Both the position numbers and the translations under genes were made by a program. 64,000 nucleotides of DNA from Eledone cirrhosa (lineage: Eukaryota), in assembly GCA_964016885.1 (NCBI GenBank), contig OZ024740.1:371442001-371506000 (forward strand), read 5' to 3'. The first letter of the stretch is position 1. The number at the start of each line of letters is the position of its first letter. The notes under the pieces are model-generated. The model did not search any database. It was not told the DNA's origin and worked only from the letters and a program-made list of their open reading frames with translations. Shown here piece by piece: positions 41,745-57,491 of this stretch.

Positions 41745-43260
41745 CAAGGTAGGACTTAAAGTAGAGATGGAACCCAGTAGAAAAGTAGTGAATTTCCTGG
41801 ACACCACCCTCAACCTCAACACCAAGCTACATCACCCATATCATAAACCCAATGAGAAGCTGGTGTATATCAACGCTGGGTCCAATCACCCTAGATCTAT
41901 AGTTAAGGCCGTAGTTAAGAGTGTCTCTGACAGGATCTCTAACTTGTCTGCCAATAAAGAGATCTTCAATAGTAATGCTGATTACTATAACTCAGCGCTA
42001 GCTAAGGCGTCCCACAGCCATAGGATCAGCTATAACCCTAAGGGACATGATCGAGATGACCCAAGGGTACCCCGGACCAATACCCTCAGGGGCATGAGTC
42101 GCCCACCTAATACCTCGGTGACCAGTAGTAACACTCCCAGACCCAAATCCGTCACCACCCCCCGGTAGAAGGTCCCGCATACCCCACTGATCTAATACCT
42201 ACAACGCTGAAGACCACTGTGCTGCGGAGCATAGGTACCCCTGCACCGGCCCCACCACCCGCCGAACCCTAAATGAGCAGGGAGGCCGCACCTCGCAGGT
42301 TTATAGCCTCACAGTGGGCCCATATAACCCTCATGATAGTGACTGCTCCGCACACCTGAGTGACACCAACCGAGCTCGGCCTGAGCTGTGTACAACCACG
42401 CAATTGACCATGGCGGACACCCAACAACCCCGCAAGAATACGACCAGGAAGGTCACATGGTATAACCCTCCGTACTCGGCGGGTCTACGTACCAGCCTGG
42501 CTAGAACATTCTTTAGAGTACTGGATAAATGTTTCCCTAGGGCCCACAAGTACCATAAAATATTCAACAGGCACACGGTGAAACTTTCCTACTCAACCAC
42601 ACGCTCCGTAGCCCAACACATAGCTGGCATAAATAGAAATAGGCTCACTGCCTCTAATACCACCGTAAACCCCGGAGCCACCCAACAGAACCAGCACGCG
42701 GGACGCACCGGAACCCGGACAGACCCAACTAGCACACCGGAACCCAACGACCCTGTGCTGATTGCGGAGGCTACCCAGCCAACCCGGAGTGATGGTAACC
42801 ACGCGGTACATGTGGTGGGGCTTAAGAAGTCATGTAATTGCAGAGACCCATCACTATGCCCCCTTAGTCATGAATGCATGACGAAAAACGTAGTCTACAG
42901 GTGCAAGGTCACAACCCCTAACTCGGAGCACCACTACATAAGATCCACAGCGACGAGCTTCAAAGATCGGTGGTATAACCATCGCCATTCCTTTAACAGA
43001 ATAGATAAGAGCAAATGGACGGCCCTTTCTGAATTGATCTGGAAGCTCAAACTTGAAAAGACCCCGCACTCTCTGGTCTAGTCCGTGGTTAGAAAGTTTC
43101 CCCCAGACAGAGGCGGGTCTGGTATTTGCAACCTCTGTCTTATGAGACACTCGAGATACTTCATGGCGGAACCAAGCTATTAAACAGAAGGGCCGACTTA
43201 TTCGGTGCCTGCAGACACCTAAGGACGGGAACTTTCCTCAAGCTATATGGATAAACCCCG
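41744..43260 (+). mobile_element. 5'-truncated Penelope-like element (RT thumb, linker, GIY-YIG)
   Basis: VNFLDTTLNL...PYHKPNEKLVYINAGSNHP, RKVTWYNPPYS, KIFNRHTVKLSYS, CNCR..CPL...C..KNVVY...YI(R)ST..SFKDRWYNH, CNLCL; has a frameshift and stops; begins right after (TA)n. Confidence 0.88.
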
Positions 43261-43738
43261 GTTAAGGCCTCCCACAACGCCCCCCCCCTGTAGGTACCCT
43301 ACACCCCGTACCAATGACCAATGGACAATAACAACCACCCATAGTTTGTGGTCCCTACGGTGGATGGTCCACCGGATCCTCTACCGGTTAGGAGTCATCA
43401 AAACCACGATTTATTGAACCTGATTTTATATATATATATGTATATGTGTATTATATGTATATGTATATATATTTTATATGTGTATATATGTGTATTTTAT
43501 ATATATATATATATATATGGTGCTGTTTTAAATAAACATGTTTTAACGGTCTATTCTCCGATTTTTTACTTTCCCACGTGCTTACGCTCTGCTAACTCTC
43601 TAGCCCACTAAATATTAACACTTCGAATATTTAATACTGCCAGCACTAGTATCGAGCACATTTGGCATACGCTACTTGGCAAATAACTATATGTATCACC
43701 TATCCTCCCCTTTTTTTCTCTTTCTCGATACGTAAATA

Positions 43739-43817
<79 letters not shown>

Positions 43818-43822
<5 letters not shown>

Positions 43823-44769
43823 TATGAAGAGAGAAGAAACATTTAGATATAATTAGTAATAAAATGTATCATACCTAAACTGCTCCTAAATTCCTCGACT
43901 ACGTAGTTTCGTGGCATAAACAATATATCATAAAGACATAGAATCCCAGTTTAGGTATGATACATTTTATTACTAATTATATCTAAATGTTTCTTCTCTC
44001 TTCATAATGTATTTCTAACTCTGATACTGGTTCAGTCTAGTTCAACTGAATTGGTCTGTCCCAGTCATTCATTGAGCAACATCGGTGAAGTTGGCACCCT
44101 TAACTCGCAGTTGGGTGCGGATGCATTCATGTATATATGTGTGTGTCCGCATGTATCTGTGTGTTTCTAAATATATTGTTAATAACTCCCTCTGGTCGAG
44201 CAATCTTTGAAGTGTGGGGACAGCTGGAAGGCTTCCATTACCCATACTTCTCGCCTTCTTCACCACCTCTTCTGCGGCCTCGATATAAATACCCCCTCCG
44301 CCTCCGTGGTATTTTCTTCGAGGTTATAGGAGGCTTAGCTCTGTTTCTCGACCGTTATATCGCGTGACTATCTCCCCCTCCGCCTTTTGGGATTCTTTCT
44401 CACGTCGTGTAGACGCGTTCTTGAGACTAGTAAAATGAGGTATCCTCTTGATAAGTCGGCAGACCTCGCAGGGATTCTATGTCTTTATGATATATTGTTT
44501 TTGTTTATGCCACGAAACTACGTAGTCGAGGAATTTAGGAGCAGTTTAGGTATGATACATTTTATTACTAATTATATCTAAATGTTTCTTCTCTCTTCAT
44601 AATGTATTTCTAACTCTGATACTGGTTCAGTCTAGTTCAACTGAATTGGTCTGTCCCAGTCATTCATTGAGCAACATCGGTGAAGTTGGCACCCTTAACT
44701 CGCAGTTGGGTGCGGATGCATTCATGTATATATGTGTGTGTCCGCATGTATCTGTGTGTTTCTAAATAT

Positions 44770-44770
<1 letters not shown>
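43818..44770 (+). mobile_element. Second locus of the 591-bp HHR monomer family, with inverted 5' segment
   Basis: 43947-44770 is tandem (period about 595) and reverse-complementary to 39662-40697; 43818-43946 is inverted; (TA)n on both sides. Confidence 0.8.
44443..44532 (+). ncRNA. Hammerhead motif with U3-A8 core
   Basis: TCCTC-TTGATAA-GTCGGCA...TGCCAC-GAAA-CTACGTAG-TC-GAGGA; differences from the other locus fall in the stem II loop. Confidence 0.78.
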
Positions 44771-44867
<97 letters not shown>

Positions 44868-45633
44868 TTTGTGTATATATGTATGCATATTTTGTGTGTA
44901 TATATATTTTATGTATGTATATATTTTATATATATATATATATTTTATATATATATATATTTTATATATATATATATTTTATATATATATATGTATTTTA
45001 TATATATATATACACACCTGTATGGATTTGGGTGTGTAGATCTGTGTGTGTCTGAGGGGTAGGTGTGAGTATATATACAAGTCAACCAGCATAAGTCTTT
45101 TATTTCTAAATTCTCTAAACTATCTAAGTATTTGACTCTAACCATTATTTTAAGTATTACCACCCCACATTAATTCCTCAATTTGTATGTGTGGATGTGT
45201 GTGTGTGTGTATGTGGGGGTGGGTGTGAGTGTACGTGCAAGCCAACCTACATAAGTCTTTTTATTTGTAAATTTTCTACTCTAACCATACATTTCAGTAG
45301 CACCACTCCACATACATTCCTCAATTTAAGAATGACCTGTAGTATCTATTTCATACTACTAACCTTAATTAAATATATATCTGACCAGGAATGCTTTTTA
45401 TGAAAATCAGTCATATGGAACTATTGTCATCTTGCCTGACTGTTTGAACTTTACAACACCACCTGCCTCTTTGAGGTCAAATACCAACCCTACTAGCATC
45501 TACAAACTGACCAATGAGAATAAAGACTATTCCTGCTGACAACATTAAATTATTCCTAACAAGCTCATATGTCCCAAGGCTCTGATACCATCAACACCAT
45601 AAACACAGAGCTGGCATATCTAAGAACTGACGA

Positions 45634-45689
45634 ACTGCCTGATGAGGTCATAGCCATTCAATGGCTATCATCGAAATATATATAGCAGT
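45634..45689 (+). ncRNA. Minimal type I hammerhead ribozyme motif
   Basis: ACTGC-CTGATGA-GGTCATAGCCATTCAATGGCTATCATC-GAAA-TATATA-TA-GCAGT, then AAATAAA. Confidence 0.88.
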
Positions 45690-45730
45690 AAATAAAGGAT
45701 TATGAGTTCATAGAATTGACTTATGTTTCG

Positions 45731-45766
<36 letters not shown>

Positions 45767-45788
45767 CAGATACACACATACATTAACA

Positions 45789-45902
<114 letters not shown>

Positions 45903-46329
45903 GACATACGTATACAGACTCATATCAGACTCATAGACATTCATACATACACACGCATTAATATATAGTTATACCGTATTTGAGCAGAAGATTGAATAGG
46001 TAAAAGGAAGCCGCAGTAAGTTTTGATAACGAGCTAATTAAAAAGATAAGACGCTTAGACTGGCATTTTGGTTTTAATAACACTATTAAGTTACGCCACC
46101 TACATAAAACTAGTTGAAAGGGAATAATTATTTAAGGCAAACAATTTAGAAATAACAGTTTATTATGTAAAGTATTTTTAAATAAAAGAACAAGTTTGAA
46201 TTAAGCTGAGATAAAATAAACCAAATAAGAGAAAGAAGAATAAAATAAAACAAGAATAAGATACGTTAGCCAAGATTTACAATGGCATGTTACTCAATTG
46301 CCAGTCTAAGCGTTGAAAGGTCTTAAGAA

Positions 46330-47435
46330 AAAAAAAACAAAATAGTTTTTGGAGAAGTAAGTCCACGTTCTCGCAAATACTAAAACTGAGAAGGTTAATC
46401 GAAGAGATAAAAGCGTAAAACCCAAAAGTTATTCTGCTTTTCGTTGACTTTTCAAAAGCTTTTGACTCTATCCACAAAAAGACTGTTGACTTTATCACGA
46501 TTCTTTATTTGAACACCAAGTCCAAGATACGTAGACCTGATAGTGACAGACTTCTTCAATACCAGAGTATTGCATGATGTTATATTAACCCCATTTCTTT
46601 TCATCATCTGCTTAGATAATGTGCTCCGTACACAATAAAAAGGAAGAAAGGCTAACCTTAGAAAGAGCCATAAGTAAGAGCTATCCAGCTAAAACAATCA
46701 TTGATACAGACAATGCAGACGACTTAACACCTCTCGCAGACACCCCTCCCCATACGGAATCTCTTCTTCACAACTTGGAACAATCAACCAGAGATATTGG
46801 GCTATATGGCAACTCAGTCAAAGCTGAGTTCATGTGTTATAATTCGAAAGACACAATTAATTTTCCTCTATGGACGGAAAATTAATTGTCAAAGTAGCAT
46901 ATTCAGAAAATGATGCCATTATTTGCATTGCAAAAGAAGTTGGTCTGCCCTGAACAGTTTGACTTCCACATAGAAGTCCTTACTGTCTTATAAGATAGAA
47001 ACTTCTTCCAAGTAATTGTAGCCTCACTCTTGTTATATGGGAGCTCCATCTCGACATTGACTAAGAGATTTGTAAAGAAGCCTAATGGTGATTACATGCG
47101 AATGTTCCGTGCTGTTTTGAATATATTCTGGTGATAGCATCTCACCAAACAACAACTTTATGGACATCTAGCCTTCATCTCCCAAGGTATTCGGGAAAGA
47201 AGGAAGCATTTTACAGGACATTGCTGAAGAAACAAGGAAGAAATTGTCAGCGATGTATTGTTAGGAACCCCAACCATGGGCGTAACAAAGTCGGCCGACC
47301 ATATAAGGACTGCATCAATCAACGTTGCCATGATGCAACGTGTACAGTAGATCTTTAAAGAGCAATAGATAATCGAAATTGATGGAGAGAGCGAGTTAGA
47401 AGTATCCGTTCAACCAGCTGGACTGGATGATGATG
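46330..47435 (+). mobile_element. RTE-type LINE fossil (RT to 3' end)
   Basis: LRRLIEEIK, LLFVDFSKAFDSIH, DTDNADDL, LLYGSS..TLTK, (GAT)n tail. Confidence 0.8.
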
Positions 47436-49234
47436 CGAAAAAATAATGGAATTTTATAAATGCTTTAATAAAAGCCCATTGATAAAATGTTTGTACTTTC
47501 TGATACAATATCATTTCGACCAAATTTTGTTCGGGAAAATATGGTTACGGACCACTTTGACTACAATTTTTTTCTGTTGTTTCTTAGATATGTCACTTGT
47601 TTGTGACTCTAAATATATATCGTTGGTAGACATGGCTCACCATTGTTCCGTGGGAACTGAGCCCTGTGTAACCAACGGGTGTTTCATTAGATTGCTGGGT
47701 TGTGTTTCATGTACATTGTATTAGGATACGATTAGGTATCTGACTATTCTCCAATCATTTTAGTTTCTATTGGATTCATGGCCTGATCTGATTTCTCTTG
47801 CCTGCGTTGTTAGGCATTCTACAAATATAGCGATAATGAGAACTATGTTACTGCTTTCTACGTTTCAATGTACATAAAATTTTCCTTCAATTAGAATGTT
47901 TCATTTCTTCTGTATAATTTTCTAGCATATATAAGCTAGTCACGTTTTCATACATATGGATGTAGTCTAATGAAGTTTAAAAGTACGACATCGATTTAAA
48001 ATGTTGCTTCGTTTTCTCTCGACTTGACTAATTATACGCAGCTCAGATTTTGTATGCTATTGCAACATATACATAAAACATTTTCCACAATGTTCTGTAG
48101 ATAGCATTGTTACATTGTTACAAATATAATACATTTTCCCACTCCTTTCACGCAAAATCCTTTTATGTGGTCAGTTAAATGTAACTCTCCTTTGTCGTAC
48201 TTGGGTTTACCAGACAATGATTTTAAACAAACTCTTTAATTATTTGTTATGTTTGTTTTCTGACATGGTGCTAGGATGTTTGCGTTTTCCACTGCTTGCG
48301 TGACTACTGAGTTCGTCTCTTATAAAAATTGTTTTCACTTCTTTATGTATGAAGTTATAGATCTTTTTGTTGTATCTTCATGTTGTAAATACTAACTTGC
48401 TATATAGTGCATGGCTATTTTTGGATGTTGGTGTCTAGACCAACTGTGAATGATTTATAGGCTGATACACCAAATTCAAATAAGTGGATACATTTGAAAA
48501 CGAATAGTTCAAATAGTAACAAAAGTAAAACAAAACAGAAAATCTAAAAAAAAACCCTGCAAAAGCAAACAAAAAACTAGAAAATGTAAAATGTAACACA
48601 ACAACAAGACAATATCAACACTAACAAAGGCAAGACGAAATACGAGACGAAAAACAAGATGCTGTAAAAGACTACACGAACATGCGTCAATGTTTCAGTG
48701 TGATCAGAACCACAATGATTTAAAACAAATAAAGAACTAAAGATCATCTAGAGTGTTCTCACACGGCTTTCAATTTATTATACAGAAACTGTGTTCTACA
48801 GCAGTGACAGTTTCCAACTTATTTTTAGTATCCCATTCACGCTTTAGAGCCAGTCTCAGCCAAATGGATGTATTCATTTCAGTTCTTTATTTCACTTTCG
48901 TTTGATGTATCGAACTAGACTGACTAACTGATACTTTTGTATTTCAACTTCTTTAGTTGATTTCGTCCACTATTATTTATTTTGACTCACGGCGAATTGG
49001 TTTTGGCAATGTTTGGCACTACTAAATTCCATAATAATAGCAACAGTGACAGACTACCTACAGCTGATTCTCAATTGCCTGCAAAGTACATTTTTGACTC
49101 GCCCAGAAAAACAGGCACAGTCCATTTAGCCATAAATAGGTACCATTGACTGTGCCAGCTCATCATTCTAATCAGCGGAGTTACTGTTCATATGAGTGTT
49201 TTACTATCTCCAAGTTCTTTGTTCGAATATTCTT

Positions 49235-49415
49235 ATAATTGTTTCTACTTTTGGCACAAGGCCAGCAATTACCCAGTAGATTACTGGTACTTTATTTTAT
49301 CGACCCTGTAAGGATGAAAGGCAAAGTTAACCTCGACAGGATTGAAATCAGACAATAAAGGGCCGTAACTCTATGCTGCAAAGCATGGCGTCCGACCCTC
49401 TACCGATAGTGCCAA
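49235..49415 (-). mobile_element. tRNA-derived SINE
   Basis: Family consensus; direct repeat TCTTATAATTGTT. Confidence 0.85.
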
Positions 49416-50424
49416 ACTCTTATAATTGTTACTTGGGGGTAGTATGGGACTTCCACCAACCTGACTTACTCTACATGAAGCCAATGCTTCAATGGTTATG
49501 AACAAAAAATTTATACTTATCAGTTACGTATAGAAGCAGAGGTATTAAAGAGGCAAAATAGGTTGCCACGCGCATACCTTTCTCAGGAACATAAGTGAGG
49601 CAACTAGATTTAACTAATGTATAGAAACGAGATTCACAAGAAGTTCACTTTTCACTGTATGATGTTTTTCAAAACTATTATTCATTAGCTTTTGAACGAA
49701 GTCAAGTTTAACCTTCAGACTTAAAATAAATCACACTGGGAAGCTTTTAGATACACAACAGAATATTTAAATGTCCGATGTTTCGTATCTTTCATTGTAA
49801 AACGTCCTACAGAAATTAATTAAAATCAATTTGAAAGAAATTTTATCCTATTTGTTTTCTTGATTAGCTGAATAGGTATTAATTTGATACTAACAATATG
49901 CAAAACTGACTCCTAAAGAACCAATAAAACACTCGTGAATATATTTAGAGGGAATTGTTTACAAGATAATTGTTGGTAAGTCTAGACACTACAGACAATA
50001 GATTGTCGTTAAAATAATGACATTTCTGTTAACTGATCGAACGAGATTTTTTCTGTAAAAGTCAAAAGCAAAGACATCATCAATAATGCATTTGTTTTAA
50101 GATGTTTTCTCTCACTCTCTCACTCTCTACACATATATATTAGTGGTTTCAGAAAAATAAGTATACAAGCACATTTTTACTCTCTATTTCTCCCCCCCCC
50201 CCCTTCTCTCTTTTTATCCCACATACACATCTAAAAGGATTAGGAAGAAAATCATGAAATAATGATTTCTCATAATTAGTCACAATGCCAATTTGTGTAG
50301 GAGAAAAGTATAATCGACTCAATTATGACAGGATATTAATCGTTTATTTTTATCGACTAAGCACAGTTGAAAAGCAAGATCTACCTCGGTATGAGTTGAG
50401 CTGAGTATATATTGAAATGTGGGA

Positions 50425-50565
50425 CACAGATTGACAGAATCGTTAGAACGTCGGATAAAATGCTCTGCGGTATTACTTCTGGTTCCCTGTGTTCTTTAAG
50501 CTCAAATCTTGCCGGGATTGACTTTGTATTGTATCTTTTCAGGGTCGATAAAATATGTACTGGGG
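50425..50565 (+). mobile_element. Diverged tRNA-derived SINE (second subfamily)
   Basis: Similar to 5995-6140; GGGTCGATAAAA box. Confidence 0.6.
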
Positions 50566-50781
50566 TCCATTCTTTTTCACCTTTCTATCGCCCTCTATCT
50601 TCTCTGGAAGAAATCGGCTGTGTATAGACTTGGGGCGGAGATATAGCACTTTTATTTCCATCTTCTTATGAAGGACGAGCGTCCGAAACGTTATGACAAA
50701 TTTTCTACTATATCAAGTGTTAAACTAATATATATCTTCATTGTACAGTACTGTTTGCTTTGTTGTTTTCTGATTACTTTT

Positions 50782-50828
<47 letters not shown>

Positions 50829-51393
50829 CTCTCTATATATGTGTATATATGTATACGTATATATATATATCTATATAAATATACATAGAACCGGCCGAAC
50901 ACATAGCCATGCTTTTTTGGGGTGTATAATTACAAAAGAAGATACTAGTAAATTAGTGTATTGAGGTGCCCTTTCTGTGGATGATTAGAGTAATTGCTAA
51001 CTAAATTTCTTTATTAGAAACTGAAGTAGTATTAACATATATATGCTTTCCTCCATAGCTAAGGGTCAGATTTGGCATATTTACTTACACTCTCCAACAA
51101 CCTTCCTTGATTCTTACATGCTGAAATTACTTCCTTGCCCCCCCTTGAATTGTAGGTTACCGTCTCTATAAATGTTAGATAGTTGTAAAGATTTCTCTCT
51201 TAACGCATGACGGGCTTAGCACCCACAGGTCAACCCGTCCTCTTACCCCTCCCCTTTGTTCTACAGGCCAGTTCACCCCACCCCCAGCCGCTATGAAGGA
51301 ATTTAACAAGAAAAACAACAGATTTCTAGGATTGTTTGCTTTGATATTTCTGCTTTTTTTTGTTTTTTACTGCATGTCCATATATGGACTGTA

Positions 51394-51486
51394 CCCATTG
51401 ATAAGTTCAGCTAAATTCCCGCCGTTCTAATACTGCTGGCTTAGTTCGGATCGAGCTGTCGAAACGGCCGGAGCTCTGCTGCAGGA
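51394..51486 (+). ncRNA. Degenerate hammerhead with U3-A8 core
   Basis: TTGATAA-GTTCAGCT...AGCTGTC-GAAA-CGGC..GCTG; cleavage triplet and stem I decayed; resembles the 39518-39643 arms. Confidence 0.4.
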
Positions 51487-51497
51487 ATCATAACTAT

Positions 51498-51554
<57 letters not shown>

Positions 51555-51592
51555 ATTAAATAAATGGAAAACTATATTTATAAAACCATATT

Positions 51593-51658
51593 TATTTCAT
51601 TATATATATTTCGGGGATATCATATTAACAATATGCTATGCCTTCATCAGACAAAATA
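51593..51658 (-). ncRNA. Hammerhead motif (inverted arm)
   Basis: Reverse complement of 51739-51804. Confidence 0.8.
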
Positions 51659-51738
51659 CAATATAAACAGTTTTATAGATGAAGTCGATGTTTATTACGG
51701 TATGTCGAATCTATTTATCTATAAAACTGTTTATATTG

Positions 51739-51804
51739 TATTTTGTCTGATGAAGGCATAGCATATTGTTAATATGATATCCCCGAAATATATATAATGA
51801 AATA
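51739..51804 (+). ncRNA. Minimal type I hammerhead ribozyme motif
   Basis: TATTTTGT-CTGATGA-AGGCATAGCATATT..AATATGATATCCCC-GAAA-TATATA-TA-ATGAAATA. Confidence 0.83.
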
Positions 51805-51932
51805 AATATGGTTTTATAAATATAGTTTTCCATTTATTTAATATTGTAAATATACTCCAAATATTTGTCGAGTGCTTTTATATCAGTTATAAATATTTAC
51901 TAGTTGTAACCCAACAATTTTAAATATAACTT

Positions 51933-51981
<49 letters not shown>

Positions 51982-52164
51982 CAAATTTATACGGGAACAA
52001 AACAGAGAGGCAGACAAATAAAGGTTTATTAGGTTTCACGCTTTTGAGAGTGGGGGTGTATATATATATATATGTCCCCCACCTACCCCCCCACTCTCCT
52101 GAGCGTGAAATTAATAAACATTTATTGTACTGCTTCTCTGTTTTGCCCCTGTTCAAATTTTTCC

Positions 52165-52203
<39 letters not shown>

Positions 52204-52215
52204 ATTATTATTATT

Positions 52216-54584
<2,369 letters not shown>

Positions 54585-54964
54585 TTACATACATACACAC
54601 ACACACACATATATATATATATATGCAATATATATGTATATACACGATTTCAATTATCTAAAAACAGGAATAATGTAATAGTGATTTTAGACTAAATGCA
54701 AAGAAAAGTTGAGACTCTTAGAATTATTTTTCTTTCTTAAAAGCAGCAGTAGGGTAAAGGGAATGGAAATATTCCTACAATAAAAAGTAACAACATTACG
54801 GGCTCACTCTTACTACGACCCACAATATAAGATAAAATAACTGTTTCTCGTATAGGCACAACGCCAGTGATAGAGAGGGAGGGAGGCTCATAACGATTTA
54901 CTTACGAAGCATTTCGTGCGACTCGCGAACTATTTGGCCAACCCACCGCTCCAATTTTGAATAA

Positions 54965-55375
54965 AATAATTGTTTCTACTTTAGGCACAAGGCCAGCAAT
55001 TATCCCAGTGTATTACTGGTACTTTATTTTATCGACCCCGTAAGGATGAAAGGCAAAGTTAACCTCGGCGGGATTTGAACTCAGACCACAAAGGGCCATA
55101 ACTCTATACTGCAAAGCATAGCGTCCGACCCTCTACCAATACTGCCAATCCACCGCCATATTTTGAATAAAATAATGATTTCTATTATAGGCACAAGGCC
55201 AAACATTTTGGGAGAGGGGAAAGTCGATGAAATCGAGCTCAGTGCATTACTGGTACCTTATTTATCGACCCTGAAAGGATGAAAGGCAAAGTTAACCTCA
55301 GCGGGATTTGAACTCATTTCGTAAAGGGACGTAACTCTATGCAGAAAAGTATGCTGTCCGACGCTCTACAGATAC
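54965..55375 (-). mobile_element. Two adjacent tRNA-derived SINEs
   Basis: Family consensus; direct repeat ATTTTGAATAAAATAAT around the first copy. Confidence 0.85.
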
Positions 55376-55609
55376 CTCCAATAAATTGCACTTATCTACT
55401 TATATATATAACCAGCAATTTCTCTGTCTGTCTGTCCGACAGTGGAAACACGTGCGTAGAGAGAGAGAGAGTGAGAGTGAAAGAAAGAGACAGACTACGA
55501 GAGGGGGATAGCGAGAGGGAGAGAGAGTGAATAGACGCTAAAACACGTGCTACAGAAACATTACCTTCCCCTCTCCACTGACTTTGGTCACTGAGGCCGA
55601 GGGAATCGC

Positions 55610-56232
55610 GCTGAGCGCGTCATAATGACGTAATGCAGACAGCCAGACATACAGACAGATATTATAAGGGCGCAACGTTATATCTATGTATCTATCTAAA
55701 AAGAAAGACTAAGAATTATATAGAGAGAACGCTAAATCGCCTAATGCGGTCCCTAGGGCATTGAAAATTTGAAATCATTTTTGCTCAAAACACTCACAGG
55801 ACCATAAGTATTACATGTCTAAAGTTTGAAAACAATCGGTTGGATGGTTCTCAAGTTTTAGTGAGCTGACAGACAGACAGACATTCTCTGTTTTAGATAT
55901 ATAGACTAGCAGAAAACCGTCCTTCATGTGGTTTTCTGCTAGTCTATATTACTAAAACAGAGAATGTCTGTCTGTCTGTTCTATCACTAAAACTCGAGAA
56001 CCGCCCAACCGATTGTTTTAAAACTTTACATGTGTAATACCTATGGTCCTATTGAGTGTTCTGAGCAAAATGTTCAATGCCCTAGGGACCGCATTAGGCG
56101 ATTTAGCGATCTCTTTCTCTCTCTCTCTTAGTCGTTCTCTTTTTAGATAGATATATAGATATGACGTTGCGCCTTTATACTATCTGTCTGTATGCCTGAC
56201 TGTCTGTATTACGTCATTATGACGCGATCAGT
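55610..56232. mobile_element. Head-to-head non-autonomous Helitron 5' regions forming a palindrome
   Basis: Each arm reads TTCTGCTAG|TCTATA..AAAACAGAGAATGTCTGTCTGTCTG..AACTCGAGAACC..CCAACCGATT outward from centre at about 55924. Confidence 0.7.
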
Positions 56233-56299
56233 GTGTGTATATATGTATATATAGTGTGTGTATATATATATTCGTATGCCAGGGAACATATTCACGAAC

Positions 56300-56691
56300 C
56301 AAAGTATCGTCTTCCTGTTTTCCTTCGGTTGCAACGTTTTTCGAAATATTTACATCTGCGTCCACAGATTGATTTTTTTATTTTAGTTTCAGAAGATCCC
56401 GTTAAGGGTGAAAGCAGCGATTCTTTGCTTAAACTTTAATATGTTCTTTTAATATAGATATTCGTGTACAGATATTTTTGCATACACAAAAACAAAATAT
56501 AAACAAACAAGGCCAACGATTACATCAGTTAGTCTTAGTATGCTTCATACTGCTTTTAGGTAGAAGATCCTGTTAAGAGTGAAAGCAGCGATTCATTTTC
56601 TGCGTTCACAGATTGATTTTTTTAGTTTCAGAAGATCCCGTTAAGGGTGAAAGCAGCGATAGCGATTCTTTGCTTAAACTTTAATCTGTTA

Positions 56692-56748
<57 letters not shown>

Positions 56749-57240
56749 TAAAATAACAGATTAAAGTTTAAGCAAAGAATCGCTGCTTTCATCCTTAACG
56801 GGATCTTCTGAAACTAAAAAAGTCAATCTGTGAACGCAGAAGTAAATATTTTAAAAAACGTTGCAGCCGAAGGAAGACAGGAAGACGATACTTTGGTCCC
56901 TGGCAAAGAACGGAAAGTATCAGGAGTTTTAGGTATGTTTTCCTGCTTGGTACGGGTATGTTCTTTGTAGAAATATTCAGATGTTGTTTCTGCATGATGA
57001 ATATAAGCCAATAGAGTGCTTCAACCGAAGGAGCCAAATAGTAATAATAATAAATTTGAAGACTAAAATCCAAAGAGGGCTCGATAAGGATAAATATATA
57101 TCAGATATATAAGAACCGTAGAGCAAATATTTATTAAAATAACAGATGAAAGTTTAAGCAAAGAATCGCTGCTTTCACCCTTAACGAGATCTTCTGAAAC
57201 TAAAAAAGTCAATCTGTACATGCAGAAGTAAATATTTCAA
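56300..57240. mobile_element. Internally deleted Penelope-like mini-elements with CAGAAGA hammerhead-like motif
   Basis: Motif copies at 56385-56435 (+), 56624-56680 (+), 56765-56815 (-), 57151-57201 (-); minus-strand 56995-56918 encodes MQKQHLNISTKNIPVPSRKTYLKLLI, resembling a PLE ORF N-terminus. Confidence 0.65.
56385..56435 (+). ncRNA. Hammerhead-like motif, U4A core
   Basis: AGTTT-CAGAAGA-TCCCGTTAAGGGT-GAAA-GCAGCGATTCTTTGC-TT-AAACT. Confidence 0.6.
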
Positions 57241-57310
57241 TCTTCAAATTTATTATTATTACTATATATATTTTGTTCTCGGTATGGTGAACTAACTGTT
57301 GTGTAAGCAC

Positions 57311-57350
<40 letters not shown>

Positions 57351-57409
57351 GACGTAAAATAAGAAAATTAAAAAAAAAATTAAAAATTAACTTACTTACT
57401 AAAATTTTC

Positions 57410-57491
57410 ACTCCAACTAATTAGTTTCTGTAATGGGATAAAGATAGTTACGTAATATAACCATCGAGAATTCATTACGTCATCAGGGAGT
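57410..57491 (-). ncRNA. Type I hammerhead motif with long stem II
   Basis: ACTCC-CTGATGA-CGTAATG...CATTACA-GAAA-CTAATTAG-TT-GGAGT. Confidence 0.75.

Larger units (their letters stand above)
51549..51935. mobile_element. Fold-back HHR element in (TA)n
   Basis: Arms about 51549-51681 and 51716-51848 are essentially perfect inverted repeats. Confidence 0.8.

Noticed and set aside
50655-50700. CTTATGA-AGGAC..GTCC-GAAA-CGTT
   Set aside because: G5 mutated and stem I unconvincing; probable relic
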